Origin: an uncultured Methanosarcinales archaeon
Lineage (GTDB): Archaea > Nanobdellota > Nanobdellia > Woesearchaeales > DATDXC01
Direction of reading: 5' to 3'
DNA: 43,668 bases
Assembly: GCA_964510025.1 (NCBI GenBank)
Contig: CAZDZV010000005.1
Location: 62,001-105,668 of the forward strand
In this document: positions 8,129-17,314 of the stretch, in pieces
Layout of the letters: the number at the start of each line of letters is the position of its first letter
Numbering within the stretch: the first letter of the stretch is position 1
Position numbers and translations under genes: made by a program
Notes under the pieces: model-generated
Databases searched by the model: none
The model's input: only the letters and a program-made list of their open reading frames with translations
Told to the model about the DNA's origin: nothing

Positions 8129-8178
8129 GCAAGAGATAGCCCGGTTAGAGCTTGGCTATACTGGAAGCAATTTCTTGT
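8129..8178 (+). promoter_or_regulatory. Candidate structured uS15 mRNA leader
   Basis: TATA TTTATAAA 8101-8108; stems GCAAGAGA/TTTCTTGT and TAGCC/GGCTA ahead of SD AGGTGAT. Confidence 0.45.
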
Positions 8179-8194
8179 TTCCTAGGTGATATTA

Positions 8195-8650
8195 ATGGCA
8201 CGGATGCATTCAAGAAGAAAGGGAAAAGCAGGAAGCACAAAACCTGCTAAGAAAAATGCACCAATATGGCTGAGGTACAAGCCAAAGGAGATTGAGCTTC
8301 TTATAGTTAAACTATCAAAAGAGGGCAAAAGCCCATCCCATATAGGTCTTATACTGAGAGACACATATGGTATTCCTGACGTTACCCTGATCCTAAAAAA
8401 AAGCATCACCGATATACTGGCTGAAAAGAAACTGCTGCCTGAGATACCTGAGGACCTTAGAGCGCTGATAAGGAAGGTGGTAGATATAAGGAAGCACCTT
8501 GAGTCCAACCATAAGGATGAGACTGCAAAAAGGGGCCTTATACTGAGTGAATCCAAAATTAAGAGGCTTGTCAAGTACTATAAAAGAACAAGAAAACTAA
8601 GCTCTGACTGGAAGTACGATCCAGAGAAGGCTGCCCTGTTCACTGAATAA
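8195..8650 (+). CDS. rps15: 30S ribosomal protein uS15 (archaeal S15/S13e type)
   Basis: MARMHSRRKGKAGS, IGLILRDTYGIP, IPEDL, ESKIKRLVKYYK; SD AGGTGAT. Confidence 0.98.
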   Translation: MARMHSRRKGKAGSTKPAKKNAPIWLRYKPKEIELLIVKLSKEGKSPSHIGLILRDTYGIPDVTLILKKSITDILAEKKLLPEIPEDLRALIRKVVDIRKHLESNHKDETAKRGLILSESKIKRLVKYYKRTRKLSSDWKYDPEKAALFTE

Positions 8651-9458
8651 GCCTTATTTTTTCTATTGCTTTCTTTATTACCGAATCCGGGGTAGAGGCT
8701 CCAGCTGTGATGCCGGCCACAGCCTTTCCCCTAAACCAGGCCTCATCTATCTCTGCTCCAGTCTCAATGTGCTTTGTCATCACAACTGAGCTGCACAAAG
8801 CTGCTAATTGCCTGGTGTTAGCGGAATTATGGCCGCCTATGACTATCATAATATCAACCTCTTTTGCCAGATCCAGAGCTGCAGACTGCCTTTCCTGAGT
8901 TGCGTTGCATATGGTGTTTATAAGCCTGACTTCGTCTGCGTGTTGCTTAAGCTCATCGCTAATCTCTATAAAGTGGCCTAATTTTTGAGTGGTCTGTGCT
9001 ACAACACCGATTTTTTTGAAATGCGGCATTTTCCTTGCGTCTTTCAAATCATCGACTATTATGCCCCCCTCTAGGTTTTGCTTTATTGCCTCTACCTCTG
9101 GATGGCCTTTTTGTCCGACTATAATGACCTGGTAACCCTTGCTTTCCAGCTCCTTTGCGTAATCCTGGACCTTCTTTACGAACGGACAGGTAAGATCCAG
9201 CACCTGAAGCCCCTTGGCTTTAATCTCTTTTAAAAGCCTATCAGGGACCCCATGCGTCCTGATCACCACCTTATCTGAATCTACCTGATCTATGGAATCA
9301 ACTGCCTTTATCCCTCTTGACTCTAGATATTTTACGAACTGGGGATTGTGTATCAAAGGGCCCAGGGTATTCACCTCTCCCTTCAATTCAAGCACACATT
9401 CTACTGCTCTTTTTACACCAAAACAAAACCCATGCCTATCAGCTATTCTTACTTCCAT
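8640..9458 (-). CDS. ispH: 4-hydroxy-3-methylbut-2-enyl diphosphate reductase
   Basis: GFCFGV, IHN, THG, TCPFV, GHPEV, QTT, TICNAT, SANT, AGASTP; three Fe-S Cys present. Confidence 0.97.
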   Translation of the reverse strand: MEVRIADRHGFCFGVKRAVECVLELKGEVNTLGPLIHNPQFVKYLESRGIKAVDSIDQVDSDKVVIRTHGVPDRLLKEIKAKGLQVLDLTCPFVKKVQDYAKELESKGYQVIIVGQKGHPEVEAIKQNLEGGIIVDDLKDARKMPHFKKIGVVAQTTQKLGHFIEISDELKQHADEVRLINTICNATQERQSAALDLAKEVDIMIVIGGHNSANTRQLAALCSSVVMTKHIETGAEIDEAWFRGKAVAGITAGASTPDSVIKKAIEKIRLIQ

Positions 9459-10249
9459 TTTGTCCGGGTTGCATATACATATGGATATTTATTTTTCAGA
9501 TTATCATAAGCCTGCATCAATTTTTCTTTATCCTGAAATATTCCAAAGACAGTAGGGCCTTTTCCTGTAATTGAAGCATTTAGGGCTCCTTCCCCATTTA
9601 GGCTGCCTACCATATCCCTGACAATTGGCTTCTGTATATAAATGAAATCGTTATGTAGTGCAGAGCTGATTTCTTCGATATTACCAGCTTTTCTCATCTT
9701 AATGCTCGCTGACTTTCTCTGCTTGTGGACCTTATCCATCTGCGCATAGGCTTCTTTAGTGGAGAGCTGGTATCCTGGATTCACCAATAGGATATTCATT
9801 TTAGCAGCGTGCAGCTCTTCCACCTTATCTCCGTAGCCTGATACAAAAGAGCAGTTTCCTTTAAGAAAAAAAGGAACATCGGCCCCCAATTCACAGGCTA
9901 TCTTTGTAAGCTGGGAGCTGTCAAGGTTGAGATCCCATATCTTGTTCAGGGCCAGCAGCGCAGCAGCTGCATCAGAGGAGCCACCGCCGAGTCCGGCTCC
10001 TGCAGGGATATTCTTCCTTATCTTTATCTCAACCCCCGATTGGACATCAAAAAGCGTTCTTAGCTTCAGGGCTGTCCGTCGGACAATATCATCTTTGAAT
10101 TCTGAAGCTACAACAACATCCTGGTTGCGCGTGAAAAACAGCTCATCAAACAAGTCAATTTTCTGCATAACAGAATTGATATTGTGGTATCCGTCTTTTC
10201 TTTTATCAAGAACGTCTAGGGCGAGATTTATCTTAGCATAGGCCTTCAT
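9449..10249 (-). CDS. ispE: 4-diphosphocytidyl-2-C-methyl-D-erythritol kinase
   Basis: AKINLAL, IPAGAGLGGGSSDAA, LGADVPFF, HNDF; cluster context. Confidence 0.95.
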   Translation of the reverse strand: MKAYAKINLALDVLDKRKDGYHNINSVMQKIDLFDELFFTRNQDVVVASEFKDDIVRRTALKLRTLFDVQSGVEIKIRKNIPAGAGLGGGSSDAAAALLALNKIWDLNLDSSQLTKIACELGADVPFFLKGNCSFVSGYGDKVEELHAAKMNILLVNPGYQLSTKEAYAQMDKVHKQRKSASIKMRKAGNIEEISSALHNDFIYIQKPIVRDMVGSLNGEGALNASITGKGPTVFGIFQDKEKLMQAYDNLKNKYPYVYATRTKWK

Positions 10250-11403
10250 TTTTTATTCAAAGTCACAACCGCCGAAGCCTTAATTCCCTGTCCCTTGCCC
10301 CATGGCGTCAGGTCCTCACCTGATGTCGCAGTTATCCCCACATCAGACCTGTCAAGAGTGCAGAGAGATGCTATGCTTTCCTTTATCTTTTCCTCATATT
10401 CATCTATCCTTGGCTTTTTGGCCTCGATCATAATCCCTATATTGCCGATGGTGTAGCCCCTTTCTGCCGCCATTTTAAGGGCCTTCTCAAGATATTTTTT
10501 GCTGTCAGTTATGCCCTTTTCGTACATCTTATCGGCATAAAAGCCTATGCTCTTGCCCCCTGTTGCCTGGCTTACCGCATTGAATAATGCATGCAGGATA
10601 ACATCTCCATCTGAGTTTGCGTCCAGTCCTTTTTCACCATCTATCTCTACGCCACCAAGCACAAGCTTCTTCTGCTCACTTTCCACGAACCGATGGGAGT
10701 CCTCGCCTAAACCTACCCTTGACGCTTTTGTTATGTTCCTGGCGACTGTTAGATCCACAGGATAAGTTATCTTGACATTTTCAGGGTTTGTCTCTATAAC
10801 CTTAACCTTCCTAGCCATCCTCTCGACCAACGAGACATCATCAGTACCGTAGAATTCTTCCTCGTAAGCTTTCTTAAATGACCTGACGGCCAAACCATAT
10901 TTTATGGCCTGGGGAGTCTGCATCTGCCACAGCTTTTTTCTTTCAAGGGTCTTTTCCACAAAGCCTTTCTCATCCACTTGCTTTATCGTATCCTTTGCTC
11001 TATGGGCGGCGGCAGCTGCCCCATATTTCATGGCTGCGTTTATAGTCTCTGCGATTGTCTTTTTGGTAACAAAAGGATTTACGGCATTGTGGATGACTAC
11101 AATGTCGGATGCCTTAAGCGTGTGAAGATACAGTATGCCGTTGTTCACAGAGTCCTGACGTCTTTCGCCCCCTTCAAGAACCTTCTCAATCTTATCGAGA
11201 TTATGCTCCTGCTTTAGTCTTTCGATCTCAGTGAAATATTCTTTTTTTGCAATTATGATGATCTTGTCGATGAAATCACATTCATGAAAGGTCTTTATGG
11301 AATAGTATATTATCGGCTTGTCATCCAATAATCTGAGTATCTTATTCACTCCGTCGCCCATGCGCCTGCCAATGCCTGCCCCCAAGATTAATGCTACATT
11401 CAT
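10246..11403 (-). CDS. ispDF: Bifunctional IspD-IspF fusion
   Basis: IspD: GAGIGRRM, GGERRQDSV, QTPQ, TDDVS, NVKITYP; IspF: GEDSHRF, SDGDVILHA, GITATSGE. Confidence 0.95.
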   Translation of the reverse strand: MNVALILGAGIGRRMGDGVNKILRLLDDKPIIYYSIKTFHECDFIDKIIIIAKKEYFTEIERLKQEHNLDKIEKVLEGGERRQDSVNNGILYLHTLKASDIVVIHNAVNPFVTKKTIAETINAAMKYGAAAAAHRAKDTIKQVDEKGFVEKTLERKKLWQMQTPQAIKYGLAVRSFKKAYEEEFYGTDDVSLVERMARKVKVIETNPENVKITYPVDLTVARNITKASRVGLGEDSHRFVESEQKKLVLGGVEIDGEKGLDANSDGDVILHALFNAVSQATGGKSIGFYADKMYEKGITDSKKYLEKALKMAAERGYTIGNIGIMIEAKKPRIDEYEEKIKESIASLCTLDRSDVGITATSGEDLTPWGKGQGIKASAVVTLNKK

Positions 11404-12527
11404 CTTTCTTCTGCCTTATCTTTTATTCTCTTATCCACCTCTAGGATCTGGTCTAAGGATGGTTGTTTAATAATTTTATGATTGTCTAGAGTCTCCTTTA
11501 TCCTTTCAGCAATATCCAAGAATCCAATCTTGTTGTCAAGGAATGCTCTTACTGCTACCTCATTGGCAGCATTCATAGCAGCCGGCATCGTTCCCCCTGC
11601 TTTTCCGGCTTCGTAAGCATATCCTAAACACGGAAAAAGATCAAGGTCGGGCTCTCTGAAATCAAGACTCTTGAGCTGAGCTAAATTCAGGCTTCTATGC
11701 TCGCTGGCAAATCTTTTTGGATAGGATAATGCATATTGGATAGGTATCTTCATATCAGGCCACCCTAGCTGCGCTAAAACAGAAGTGTCTTTAAACTCCA
11801 CAAGAGAATGCACTATTGACTGGGGGTGTATAACAACATCGATATCCCCATAATCAACCTTGAATAGGTGATGGGCCTCGATAACTTCAAGCCCCTTATT
11901 CATCAATGTGGCGGAGTCTATTGTTATCTTAGCCCCCATATTCCAGTTAGGGTGCTTAAGAGCATCCTCTTTAGTGACATTTTTCAGTTGCGCTGCTGAT
12001 CTATCCCTGAATGATCCGCCTGAACACGTCAAGATGATCTTCCTGATATCCTTAGAGTCCTCTCCTTTAAGGCACTGAAATATCGCTGAGTGTTCTGAGT
12101 CGATAGGTGTCAGCTGAACACCTTTTTTTTTCGCCAGCTGCATCACTATTCTTCCAGCCGCTACAAGCGTTTCCTTGTTCGCAAGCGCAACATCTTTGCT
12201 TGCTTTTATTGCTTCTACTGTGGGAACAATTCCTATGCTCCCCACCATGGAATTCAAGACAATATCACAGCTATCTAAGCTGGCTAGCTTTGCAAGCCCT
12301 TCCATGCCTGAGAGCACCGGGATATCTGCTCTCAGGGAATCTGCTTTCTCCTTTTCGAAAACAGCGACAGCTTCTGGACTAAATTCCTCAATCTGCTTTG
12401 CCAGCAGGCCGATATTTGAATTGCATGCCAAAGCCTTAACCTGGAATCTGGAAGGATTATTTCTTACAATCTGCAATGCCTGTGTCCCTATACTGCCTGT
12501 TGAGCCCAGTATCACTACGCGCTTCAT
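11400..12527 (-). CDS. dxr: 1-deoxy-D-xylulose 5-phosphate reductoisomerase
   Basis: LGSTGSIG, LANKE, PIDSEHSAIFQ, HPNWNMGAKITIDSATLMNKGLEVIEA, PDMK, NAANE. Confidence 0.98.
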   Translation of the reverse strand: MKRVVILGSTGSIGTQALQIVRNNPSRFQVKALACNSNIGLLAKQIEEFSPEAVAVFEKEKADSLRADIPVLSGMEGLAKLASLDSCDIVLNSMVGSIGIVPTVEAIKASKDVALANKETLVAAGRIVMQLAKKKGVQLTPIDSEHSAIFQCLKGEDSKDIRKIILTCSGGSFRDRSAAQLKNVTKEDALKHPNWNMGAKITIDSATLMNKGLEVIEAHHLFKVDYGDIDVVIHPQSIVHSLVEFKDTSVLAQLGWPDMKIPIQYALSYPKRFASEHRSLNLAQLKSLDFREPDLDLFPCLGYAYEAGKAGGTMPAAMNAANEVAVRAFLDNKIGFLDIAERIKETLDNHKIIKQPSLDQILEVDKRIKDKAEER

Positions 12528-12551
12528 AGACAGTCAGTAAACTGCAGTTCA

Positions 12552-12566
12552 TTTTAAAGGTTTTTA
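12552..12566 (-). promoter_or_regulatory. TATA-type promoter for dxr-ispDF-ispE-ispH
   Basis: Minus strand AAAAACCTTTAAAA about 25 nt upstream of the dxr ATG (leaderless geometry). Confidence 0.55.
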
Positions 12567-12639
12567 TAGTAAAGTAAATTTATATTGTTATTGAAAAGTA
12601 ACAAAAGCTTTAAAAGAAGGGGCTGATTACAGGAGCTAA

Positions 12640-13521
12640 ATGACAGTAACATACTTGACAAAGATATTCAGAATAGCGGCAGATTTGGCTATTAGGCAGA
12701 AAAAAAGAGAGGGTGTGCCATGCCGGCTTGATGATCTGGCAGAAGCTACAGGTATTGGCAAGGCCTATATTTCACAAGTGCTTCACTCAAACAGAAGATA
12801 TGAATCGATGGAACCAGAAAGATTTAACAGTCTTTGTGGTGCCTTAAACCTCGAGCCCGATACATATCTTGTAAAAAAAGTTGAAGCACGGCTGCTTGGC
12901 GGAGAAACAGTAAGCATTGATGATTTTCTGCCTCATTCTAGCCCGTATTATGTAAAGCCACCCAAAGATATTTCAACCAGCAGGGCAGCTTATTTCAGCG
13001 AAATCTTTGCCCTTATCGCAGTGAGGGCTCTTGCCGGAAATAAAAGGATAGGAGAACAGCCGCACAGCCAGGCTGATCTAGTACGCCTTACAGGATACAA
13101 TAAAGGTCAATTATGTCAAATGCTGGATGAGAACAATGAATTTAATCTTGTTAATCCTGAGAAATTCAAAAAACTCTGCAGTGCCCTAGACCTTGATCCA
13201 GATGCATTTCTTGTTAGGGAGGTTGAAGAAAGGCTGCTCAGAGGTGAACGAATAACATATCGGAGCTTTATCCCTCAAATCCAACTTACTGCCTATGAAC
13301 TTCCATCCGAAGTTATGCTAATCGGGGAGCTGAAGGGGGATGCACTTAGATACGCATACGCAGTTCCATCTACAGAGGTCGGGACCTTTGCTGCAGACCA
13401 GGGAATCGGCATATGGGAGGCTGCAAGACAGCTATGGGAAACGGCTGGGCTGAAAGGATTATTCACAGTACGCCCTTTTTCACCTGATAACACTAGGGCT
13501 TATGAATTTAAATCAAGTTAG
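12640..13521 (+). CDS. Hypothetical protein with two internally repeated Xre/Cro-like HTH modules
   Basis: LDDLAEATGIGKAYISQVL..FNSLCGALNLEPDTYLVKKVEARLLGGE versus QADLVRLTGYNKGQLCQML..FKKLCSALDLDPDAFLVREVEERLLRGE. Confidence 0.75.
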   Translation: MTVTYLTKIFRIAADLAIRQKKREGVPCRLDDLAEATGIGKAYISQVLHSNRRYESMEPERFNSLCGALNLEPDTYLVKKVEARLLGGETVSIDDFLPHSSPYYVKPPKDISTSRAAYFSEIFALIAVRALAGNKRIGEQPHSQADLVRLTGYNKGQLCQMLDENNEFNLVNPEKFKKLCSALDLDPDAFLVREVEERLLRGERITYRSFIPQIQLTAYELPSEVMLIGELKGDALRYAYAVPSTEVGTFAADQGIGIWEAARQLWETAGLKGLFTVRPFSPDNTRAYEFKSS

Positions 13522-14535
13522 TCTGCCGACAATCTTATCTATAATCTCCTGCTCTTTGACTTTCTCTACTATCTGGCCTTTCTCATAGAGCAAGCACCTG
13601 TCCTTTCCACCAACAACACCGATATCAGCTTCTTTTGCCTCGCCTGGACCATTTACACAGCAGCCCATTATCGCTATCTTGATTGGATCCTTCAGGCTGG
13701 CTGTTTTTTCTTCGATTTTTTTTGCGATAGCTGCTACATCTATGTCTGCCCTGGCGCAGGTGGGGCATGCAATTACGCTGATGCCCCTTTGTCGCAAATT
13801 CAGGGCCTTTAAAATCTGCCAGCCTGCCTTAACCTCTTCAACAGGATCACCTGACAATGAAACCCTTATTGTGCTTCCTATGCCTTCTGAAAGCAGGATT
13901 CCTATCCCTACAGCATTATTGATGGCCCCTGTAAATACCGAACCTGCTTCAGTGACCCCAAGATGGAGCGGATAGTCATATTCTTCTGAAAAAAGGCGAT
14001 TTGCCTTCACCATCTTATTAACATCTGATGATTTCAGCGAAACAACTGTATCATAGAAATCATTTTTTTCAAGGAAAGAAATCTCTTTAGCTGCAGAGGC
14101 TACCATTGCTTCCGGCGTTAGACCATATCTCCCCTCAATATCCTTATCCAGGCTGCCCAGATTAACGCCCACCCTGATGGGAATAGCATTGTCTTTGGCT
14201 GCCTGGATGACCTTCTTCACTTTCCGCTGATCACCAATGTTCCCTGGATTGATCCTGAGCTTATCGGCAAATTTTGCAGATTCTATCGCCAGCCTATAGT
14301 CAAAATGAATGTCTGCAACCAAAGGAATTGCAATGTTTTCTTTTATCTCTTTCAATGCATAAGCTGAATCCATGTCAGGAACACTTACCCGGACTATCTC
14401 ACAGCCGTGCTCTTCCAGATCATGAATCTGCTCTATTGTAGAAGACGTGTCGGTGGTCTGGGTAGTACACATGCTTTGCACTGTAACAGGAGAATCCCCC
14501 CCTACTGTGATATTGCCCACCCTAATCTTTTTCAT
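13513..14535 (-). CDS. ispG: (E)-4-hydroxy-3-methylbut-2-enyl-diphosphate synthase
   Basis: VQSM, PLVADIHF, RINPGN, IRVGVN, LHLGVTEAG, CPTCAR, MGCCVNGPGEA. Confidence 0.98.
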   Translation of the reverse strand: MKKIRVGNITVGGDSPVTVQSMCTTQTTDTSSTIEQIHDLEEHGCEIVRVSVPDMDSAYALKEIKENIAIPLVADIHFDYRLAIESAKFADKLRINPGNIGDQRKVKKVIQAAKDNAIPIRVGVNLGSLDKDIEGRYGLTPEAMVASAAKEISFLEKNDFYDTVVSLKSSDVNKMVKANRLFSEEYDYPLHLGVTEAGSVFTGAINNAVGIGILLSEGIGSTIRVSLSGDPVEEVKAGWQILKALNLRQRGISVIACPTCARADIDVAAIAKKIEEKTASLKDPIKIAIMGCCVNGPGEAKEADIGVVGGKDRCLLYEKGQIVEKVKEQEIIDKIVGRLT

Positions 14536-16379
14536 GATGCTTGTCTTATGATATTCTCTTTTGATAAACCTAGCTTCTTTCGCAACAAAGAAACAGGACC
14601 ATGGGGGACGAATCGATCTGGAATACCGATCCTTTTCACCTCTGTCCTTATCTTTTTTTTCTCTAAAAATTCCAAAAGCGCAGAGCCAAAGCCCGCCTGC
14701 AGCGCATTTTCTTCAACAGTAATGACTTTTTTTGCCTTTTTTGCGAAGCGGATTATTGTTTTCTCATCCAGAGGCTTGATGAATCTGGCATTTATGACTG
14801 CTGCCGACTTCAAGCTTCTGGATGCCTGTAAGGCCTCTTCCACCATAGAACCAACAGCAAATATGGCGGTATCTCTTCCTGACTTGAGAACCTCATAGCT
14901 ACCTATTGGTATTTTTTTATAGGGGTTCTGGATAGCTACGCCTATACCACATCCCCTAGGGTATCTTAATGCAGCAGGACCACCATGTTCAATCGCGGTC
15001 CTAAGCATATGTCCCAGCTCATTCTCATCCTTAGGGGCCATCACGACCATATTAGGTATATGGCGAAGGTAGCTCAAATCAAAGGCGCCGTGGTGGGTGG
15101 GGCCGTCCTCGCCTACAAGACCTGCCCGATCCAATGCAAAGGTAACTGGAAGGTTCTGAAGAGCAACATCATGCACAATCTGGTCATAGGCCCTCTGAAG
15201 GAAAGTAGAATAGACTGCTACAACCGGCTTCATCCCTTGGGAAGCGAGGCCTGCTGCAAAAGTCACTGCATGCTGCTCAGCTATCCCCACATCAAAGAAT
15301 CTTTGGGGAAATGCTTTTTGGAAGCTTTCCAAGCCGGTGCCGGATGACATTGCCGCAGTGATGGCAACGATGCTCTTGTCTTTTTCTGCCAGCTTCATAA
15401 GACATTTTGAAAAGGCTTGCGTAAATGTTGTTGTGCTGTTGCAGACAATCTTTTTGCCATTGGCAGGGTCAAAGGGGCTTATGCCATGAAATTTTACCTT
15501 GTCTCTCTCTGCATATTTATAGCCATGGCCTTTCTTCGTGATTACATGCAGGATCCTGGGCCCCTTAAGCTTCTTGATATTCTGCAATGAGGTTATAAGC
15601 TCTTTGAGGTCATGGCCGTCTATGGGTCCGAAATAGTTGAAGCCTAACTCCTTAAACAATAATCCAGGAGTCGAGCTAAAGGCTCTTAGTGTCTCTTCCA
15701 TGTTCGCTGCCAATAGTCCCGCCCTGTCGCCTATCAGGGGCAGCTCGTTCAGGAAATTCTTTGCAGTCTTTTTTCTTTCCAGGTAGTTAGGATCTGTCAC
15801 CATCTTTCTGAGATATGTATTCAGGGCACCGATATTTGGGCTTATAGACATCTTATTATCGTTCAATATGACTATGAGATCGGTGTCAAGATCACCTGCC
15901 TGATTCAGGGCTTCGAAGGCCATTCCGCCTGTAAGGGCTCCGTCCCCGATAACTGAGACCACCTTATACTGTTCTTTCCTCAGATCCCTGGCTTTCGCTA
16001 TTCCAAGCGATGCAGAGATAGAGGTAGAGCTGTGCCCTGTATTGAATGCGTCGTAAATGCTTTCCTCTTTTTTGGGAAACCCGCTCAGGCCCTGGTATCT
16101 GCGCAATGAACCGAACTTAGCTGATCTGCCTGTAAGTAGCTTATGGGCATAGGTCTGGTGGCCTACATCCCATATTATCTTATCAGCAGGCGTATCGAAC
16201 ACATGGTGCAGCGCTATTGTCAGCTCAACAACACCCAAGGAGGAAGCAAGATGGCCGCCTGTCTTAGCTACTGTGGATATTATTTTGTTGATTATCTCTT
16301 TCTTCAGCTTAAACAGCTCTTCTATTGTCAAAAGGCGTAAATCTCCTGGTGAGCTAATCATCCCTAAGATATCTGACAT
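14532..16379 (-). CDS. dxs: 1-deoxy-D-xylulose-5-phosphate synthase
   Basis: GGHLASSLG, WDVGHQ, GHSSTSIS, TPP motif GDGALTGG..NDN, IAEQHA, YSTFLQR, DRAG. Confidence 0.98.
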   Translation of the reverse strand: MSDILGMISSPGDLRLLTIEELFKLKKEIINKIISTVAKTGGHLASSLGVVELTIALHHVFDTPADKIIWDVGHQTYAHKLLTGRSAKFGSLRRYQGLSGFPKKEESIYDAFNTGHSSTSISASLGIAKARDLRKEQYKVVSVIGDGALTGGMAFEALNQAGDLDTDLIVILNDNKMSISPNIGALNTYLRKMVTDPNYLERKKTAKNFLNELPLIGDRAGLLAANMEETLRAFSSTPGLLFKELGFNYFGPIDGHDLKELITSLQNIKKLKGPRILHVITKKGHGYKYAERDKVKFHGISPFDPANGKKIVCNSTTTFTQAFSKCLMKLAEKDKSIVAITAAMSSGTGLESFQKAFPQRFFDVGIAEQHAVTFAAGLASQGMKPVVAVYSTFLQRAYDQIVHDVALQNLPVTFALDRAGLVGEDGPTHHGAFDLSYLRHIPNMVVMAPKDENELGHMLRTAIEHGGPAALRYPRGCGIGVAIQNPYKKIPIGSYEVLKSGRDTAIFAVGSMVEEALQASRSLKSAAVINARFIKPLDEKTIIRFAKKAKKVITVEENALQAGFGSALLEFLEKKKIRTEVKRIGIPDRFVPHGPVSLLRKKLGLSKENIIRQAS

Positions 16380-16465
16380 AGTAATTACCCTTATAAAGAG
16401 GATTGAATCTTAATTTATAAAGATTATCCATAATTTTATATAATAATATAAACTAAGTTGCCTAA

Positions 16466-17314
16466 ATGAACAAAAAGACCCAAGTGACGGTATTAGGCAT
16501 ATTTCTAAATGCAGTACTGTTTCTGGCCAAACTTGTTACAGGGATATTTTCCAACAGCCTGGCGCTCCTTTCTGATGCATTCAATTCCTTAACCGACATA
16601 GCGTCATCTGTCAGCGTTTTCATTGCTGTGAAATTCGCCAGCAAGAAAGCTGACAAAGAGCACCCATTCGGACATCGAAGGGCAGAGCCTTTAGCAGGTA
16701 TAATTGTGGCCATATTTTCAGGAATATTGGGATTTGAGATTCTTAGACAAGCAGTGATGAGCTTTTTTGAGCCACCAAGGGAGATCCTGGGGGTATATGC
16801 TATCTATGTATTAGCAGCTTCGATTGTAGCAAAGCTGGCAATTGCTAGATATTTTACAAGATATGGCAGGAAAACGAACAGTCCTGCAATCAAGGCCTGC
16901 GGGATTGATGCCAGAAATGATGTATTGGCCAGCTCCATCGCCATAGTAGGCATCATCTGCTCTATGTTTGGCCTGCCAGTCTTCGACAGTATAACTGCTG
17001 TAATCATAAGCCTATTCATATTTTATTCGGGCTATAGAATAGCCATTGAGAATATTGACTATCTCATGGGGAAATCACCTTCAGCTGAACATATAGAAAA
17101 AATCAAGAAACTGGTCAGGAAAATTAAGGGTGTAAGGGGATTAAATGATGTTAAGGCCCACTACGTCGGAAATTTTATCCATATTGAGATTCATATCGAG
17201 GTCGATAGAAAAATAAGTACAAAAAAATCCCACGACATAGGCAAAAAGGTTGAAAAGGCAGTAGAAGATCTCGGAGATGTTGACAAAGCCTTTATCCATA
17301 TAGATCCGAAATGA
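16466..17314 (+). CDS. Cation diffusion facilitator transporter (FieF-like)
   Basis: SLALLSDAFNSLTD, HPFGHRRAE, DARND, C-terminal HIEIHIE..HDI..IHIDP. Confidence 0.93.
   Translation: MNKKTQVTVLGIFLNAVLFLAKLVTGIFSNSLALLSDAFNSLTDIASSVSVFIAVKFASKKADKEHPFGHRRAEPLAGIIVAIFSGILGFEILRQAVMSFFEPPREILGVYAIYVLAASIVAKLAIARYFTRYGRKTNSPAIKACGIDARNDVLASSIAIVGIICSMFGLPVFDSITAVIISLFIFYSGYRIAIENIDYLMGKSPSAEHIEKIKKLVRKIKGVRGLNDVKAHYVGNFIHIEIHIEVDRKISTKKSHDIGKKVEKAVEDLGDVDKAFIHIDPK

Noticed and set aside
6639..16379. Integrative element at tRNA-Gln carrying the MEP genes
   Set aside because: No integrase, no duplicated tRNA 3' end seen, and core rps15 lies within the interval
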